The notes under the pieces: generated by a model
What the model saw: only the letters and a program-made list of their open reading frames with translations
Told to the model about the DNA's origin: nothing
Database searches by the model: none
Made by a program: the position numbers and the translations under genes
Shown here: positions 59,740-64,000 of the stretch, in pieces
Position numbering within the stretch: the first letter of the stretch is position 1
How the letters are laid out: each line of letters begins with the position of its first letter
Assembly: GCA_010093605.1 (NCBI GenBank)
Contig: MU004185.1
Span: 517,334-581,333, forward strand
Reading direction: 5' to 3'
Source: Lophium mytilinum
Taxonomy: Eukaryota
Length of the DNA: 64,000 nucleotides

Positions 59740-60558
59740 AGTGGAGGGCCCCGCCGTTGAAAGCGTGGTGGGGTGTAGTGTCGCTAGGAAGTTGAAGAAG
59801 TAAAGAACGCGACCTACCAGCAGGTGTAAAGAGACGAGTTCGACTGCAGGCTACAAGTGGCCAGCACCTGGATTCACTTCATAGCTTCTTTCAAGTTTTA
59901 CCCTCCAACAGTGTTCGAGAACCCTTCCACTAGGGAAGATGTTGGGACACGGATCTTTCCCTCACCATGAGACCATATTTGTTTCCCCAAGAGACATTCT
60001 TGTTAAACCAAAGTAAGCAGAAGACTTCGAGGGTTAGTTTTCGATATTGTGGGTGCAATTATGAGCGTTGTGGTGGATATAGGAACTGTGAGATAGCTGG
60101 TTCCTGAAGTTTCCCTGAAGTTGAGGTCTGAGATCCACTTTCAAGGGTCGTTAGAAAAGCGGCAAGTAACGGCCCGATTACTCTGCAATATGGTCTGTGC
60201 GGCAGAGCTAGGCCGCATATATACTAGTGCGGTCCTCCACTTGTGAGACCATTCATGAAGAGGATTTTCTATCAGCTCAAAATTACAGGTACTTAGAACG
60301 TAAATGAGGAAAAAGAATAGCCGCAGACTGGCTGCCATCAAGTAGTCCTAAATGTTCCTCTATAATTCAAAAAGCAGTAACGGGATGATCCCTGAAGTGC
60401 CCCAACCTTGTACTCTGACATCATCAGCCACACCTTGCATCCGCCTCAAGGCTTGGCCAAGATATAAATCAAGATCCCATCTAGGAAGAGCGTGATATCG
60501 TACAGACCAAACTACACTCCATAAACTTTCGCATCTCCCATATAAAAGAATATCCAAA

Positions 60559-60962
60559 ATGGCACCAAACGACAGCTGGCTCACGCGCACCATGAACACG
60601 GCGACAGCAGGCGTAGGCAACTTTGCAGGCGGTGTTGTAGGAGCAGTAGGCACTGGAGTCGCAGGCGCAGGCCGAGGGGCTGGCTCAAGGTGAGTTTTTC
60701 TGTGCAACCCTCGCTTTCCACATTTACGTTAACAAGTGCCGGAAACAGCATAACGAACACATCCCGTACCTGGGGCGATTCAGTTCGCGATTACGGCAAC
60801 GGCATCAAAGATGCCACTGGTGCGTCAGGACCCCGATCAGGAACCGCCAACAACCCTCTCGGCGTGGGACGCAACAAGGAGAGCGTGAGGTTATCGAACC
60901 AGGCGAAAAAAGGCAGTGGGAGTACAACGAAGGGGTCGGCGAACAACCCGCTTGGACTATAA
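60559..60962 (+). CDS. Small Gly-rich hypothetical protein (2 exons)
   Basis: MAPNDSW...GVGNFAGGVVGAVG...GAGSS, intron about 60690-60748, then ITNTSRTWGDSVRDYGNGIKDATGA with ANNPLG twice. A TATAAA lies just upstream at 60541. Confidence 0.8.
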
Positions 60963-61660
60963 ACGGTTGCGTGGAATACTCTTGGCCACATTTAGGTCAT
61001 GACGATGGATATGGGCAATGGGATGGGATTGGGATCGTTGATCAGTCAAAATGTCGCAGGCGTTGGAGCAACTTGTATCAGTATGAATAATTAAATGCCG
61101 TTATGATATCTTGGTATAGCAAGTGTACGCCAGAGAATGCTAGATCCAATCCGCCCACGCTATGCTGATGTGGTCCCAAACGCCTGAGCTCGAGAAAGCA
61201 GTCGTGATGTTACATCTCGCCTACAGAAGGGCTGAGGGAAGTAGCGGCACTCTACAAAGCGCTTGGTATGCAGCCTTATACCTTATCTTCCAACACCCCA
61301 ATGACAACGTCTTTCTTTGGAAGTAAAAATCCTTCCTCCACATAGATGCGAGATTCCTGTCTCCATGATAGGAGGCAGCGTCGTCAGGGATAGCGACTCC
61401 TCCACCCTTGAGGTTTTCGAATCCAAATGAGGCCATCAGTTCGAGACGTACGAGGCGTCTTCGGTTCCTGCAGCTCGGATTTTTCCTCAGAGCGAAGAGT
61501 ATGCGGAAGCAGAGGCTGTTGTCGTGATTGTTTCGACAATCCTAGGGTGGGATATCCATCATCCGTCGGCCCTGTACGCATGCGGCCTCACTTGTGAAAG
61601 GTTGCGTCGCAACAATACTTTAACAGCCGAGAAAATTCATTTTCTTTATATCAGCCCTCT

Positions 61661-63973
61661 TCATGAAACTTCGAAACTGTTCAGATCGCCTGTAGAGATA
61701 TTCGGCACGCCCATCTCTTTCTTAGCCTCATCGATCATGCTCTCCACTTCTATAGCGCTGTACTGTCGGACCATAACCACACGGACAAACTCCGATAACA
61801 GGTTCAAATCTAGTTCTCCTCTTTCTTGTTTCGTCATGTCGGTCAAATTGACGCCGGTGTTCTCCAACCGTTGTAATCGTCTGCGGAGGAGCACTTGGTA
61901 AACTCGTGAAATCTTGTCTATGTTGCGTGTGAAAACCCCAGACGTTTTGTAGCTTAACCGGACTTGTTTGGTTTCACTGCGGAGATCGATCCAGGCCATC
62001 TGCTTAACCAAAATCTCGGCCGTCTGGTTGGTTGGGAATATACCAAGTCGGGCTTTTAGGGCGTGTAAAGCAACCAAAGCCCCCGCGAGATCCTTGGTGT
62101 AGCTGAAACAATGCTGGATCAGGCCGCTTATTTCGCGATTTGGTCCCGTAAGACCTCGTAAGTAGTTCTCGGTTTGATGCCATCCTACGAGCCCTGTCCA
62201 CCACTCGATCATCATAGCCATTAGCTGTCGAGGTTGTGGAAGCGATTCGAAAGCCCAGGTATGGTGATCGTCGAGAGCAAATCTCAGCGTCTTCCATAAG
62301 ACTCGATAGGTTCCACCGTTGGGAACAACACGCGGGAACCCAAGCGGAGGATGCGTCATAGAGTCGAATCTATCCCAGACTTCCTGATACTTAGATCGCC
62401 GCAGGTCAACCATCATCAAAGAATTCAAAAGGGGAGCAACTGGAGGTTGTTCAAGTCGGACGAGAGCTGTCTGTAGATATTCAATATGGTTCCATTCCCA
62501 GTTCCTGGTATGATGCCGAATGAGATGTGCAAAGGTCATCATGTCTGCCATCGGGATAGGCCTGGCCAGGAAGAATGGTACGAGCGGTCCGTCGAGATCC
62601 TCAAGTTGCTTAGCAATTGGTTTGTGTTGCATTCTGTAGGCTTGTTGAAACTCTGGATATTGTAAAGAGGACGTTTTGAGGGCTTCTTCAACCATTTTCC
62701 ATCCCATTAATGCTGCCTTCTCACTATTTGTCACTGTTCCTGAGCGTAACAATGCGCCAATGACCAGGTTAAAGTGCAAGGTTCCAGGGTTAAGACCGCG
62801 CTCAAACATCAACTCGAGTATCTGAACAGCTGATTCCGGTGAATTCTTGGCAACAGTCAGCATCATCCACCGTCGAAATATGTGATTGTGATATGCTCGC
62901 GGCAGGACTGATATCGCGGAAAGAGCGACCATGCTAGCTTCTTCGAGACTCTTGCTGAGATTCAACATCGCATTTGACCGCTTCAACGTTCGCTGGACAT
63001 GCGAACGTATGAACGACCCTGCCAAGCAGCCAAATGAGACCATGTCTTTGAAGACGGCGACAGCGAGGTCAACACGGCCGCCTTCCAGAAAACCAACAAA
63101 GCATGTGTCGTAATCTTCAAATGTCATTGCTGGCCCCAGTCGGTCCTTCAATCGAACGTACAGAGACCAAGTGTAATCCGGGCCATGTTGACTTCGTGTG
63201 TGTGCACGGATGACTCCTATCATGAGTCGTGGGTCTGATCCTGGGTATGCCTGATATAGCTCTTCCATGACCTCGCGGGCGCGTTGCGCGTTATCTGTAA
63301 TCGCATACATCCGGACGCCTAGATCCAGAAATTCTGGCTTGTAGCCATGAACAGATTTTGCAGTCCAATCATTGTATTCCTCTTCCCATCTTTGTATTGC
63401 AGCCTCGTGCTTTCCAGTAATGAATGTCGCCTCGAGTTCGGCGATGTTCTGAGCAACCGTCGGAGGTCTGCCGATTGACTTCATATCTTGCACTAGTTGT
63501 TTCTGATGCTCTATAGAGTTTAGGTTGGTCGGTAATATGGCGGATTGTGTTTCCCATAGCAGGTCCCAAGCTCGATCTGGTATACACTGCAGTAAGCTCG
63601 GATGGATCTGTTTCGCGAAGCTATATGCTTTCCACAGAGCGCGTCCGTTTTCAACATCGTCTAGGTTTTTGCTTGCAGCCAACAGAGACCTATTGAGCTT
63701 TTTGAGCCACGGATTGGTATTCAGCTTCCCCTGCATCCGAATCTTGACTTGCTCTTCTCGACGGCTTCGCGCCCGATTTGCCTGTCTTGCACTGATCTTA
63801 TCATCGGCCTGGACATGTTTGACAGCGGACGCTGCCCGGGCGGCTGGAACGAATTTCTCCCATTGTATAGAGCCCCACAAGGGTAGCCGGGGAGTATCGA
63901 GAGCGCTCTTCGGTAGAACGTAGGAAGGGAGGGAGGCTAGACGAATTGGTTGGCGGGGTACAGCCCGGAGCAT
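61661..63973 (-). CDS. Mitochondrial pentatricopeptide-repeat (PPR)-like protein
   Basis: 770-aa single exon with a presequence-like start and PPR-like helices (AVAVFKDMV, LELMFERGLNPGTLHFNLVIGAL, PNGGTYRVLWK). Confidence 0.8.
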   Translation of the reverse strand: MLRAVPRQPIRLASLPSYVLPKSALDTPRLPLWGSIQWEKFVPAARAASAVKHVQADDKISARQANRARSRREEQVKIRMQGKLNTNPWLKKLNRSLLAASKNLDDVENGRALWKAYSFAKQIHPSLLQCIPDRAWDLLWETQSAILPTNLNSIEHQKQLVQDMKSIGRPPTVAQNIAELEATFITGKHEAAIQRWEEEYNDWTAKSVHGYKPEFLDLGVRMYAITDNAQRAREVMEELYQAYPGSDPRLMIGVIRAHTRSQHGPDYTWSLYVRLKDRLGPAMTFEDYDTCFVGFLEGGRVDLAVAVFKDMVSFGCLAGSFIRSHVQRTLKRSNAMLNLSKSLEEASMVALSAISVLPRAYHNHIFRRWMMLTVAKNSPESAVQILELMFERGLNPGTLHFNLVIGALLRSGTVTNSEKAALMGWKMVEEALKTSSLQYPEFQQAYRMQHKPIAKQLEDLDGPLVPFFLARPIPMADMMTFAHLIRHHTRNWEWNHIEYLQTALVRLEQPPVAPLLNSLMMVDLRRSKYQEVWDRFDSMTHPPLGFPRVVPNGGTYRVLWKTLRFALDDHHTWAFESLPQPRQLMAMMIEWWTGLVGWHQTENYLRGLTGPNREISGLIQHCFSYTKDLAGALVALHALKARLGIFPTNQTAEILVKQMAWIDLRSETKQVRLSYKTSGVFTRNIDKISRVYQVLLRRRLQRLENTGVNLTDMTKQERGELDLNLLSEFVRVVMVRQYSAIEVESMIDEAKKEMGVPNISTGDLNSFEVS

Positions 63974-64000
63974 TGAGAGCTGACGGTTGAGTTTCCAGAC

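Noticed and set aside
61221..61581. Small minus-strand ORFs downstream of the PPR gene
   Set aside because: Short, no recognisable features, and likely within UTR or intergenic sequence.
1..64000. Secondary-metabolite cluster, transposon, Starship captain, tRNA or rRNA genes
   Set aside because: No PKS, NRPS, transposase, reverse transcriptase or tyrosine recombinase motifs and no tRNA cloverleaf were seen by eye. tRNAscan-SE and Rfam scans would be needed to exclude small RNAs.

Overview
Gene-dense, intron-containing DNA of a filamentous ascomycete (GT-AG introns with CTRAC/CTAAY branch sites; species not determinable). About 25 protein genes are present, mostly housekeeping: complex I 17.8 kDa subunit, PCD1 Nudix hydrolase, MEX67, RNase T2, GLY1, GH16 glucanase, CDC26, OSM1-type fumarate reductase with cytochrome b5, OPA3-like protein, polo kinase, myosin I, GH3 beta-glucosidase, SIN3, a dienelactone hydrolase/SnoaL-like protein, Nak1/Kic1 kinase and a PPR protein. 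A U1 snRNA gene lies on the minus strand at about 55226-55378. No transposon, tRNA, rRNA or CRISPR array was recognised. Two items stand out. (1) A non-coding array of 10 degenerate ~70-bp units at 25617-26372, between two convergent genes; each unit carries AATTCACC followed about 20 bp later by a TCACGTG E-box. (2) A 7-exon secreted polyprotein gene at 6289-8074, with five ~10-cysteine modules and three near-identical Trp-containing peptides separated by LxxR/KR Kex2-type sites. Exon boundaries were read by eye and are predictions; no database search was run.
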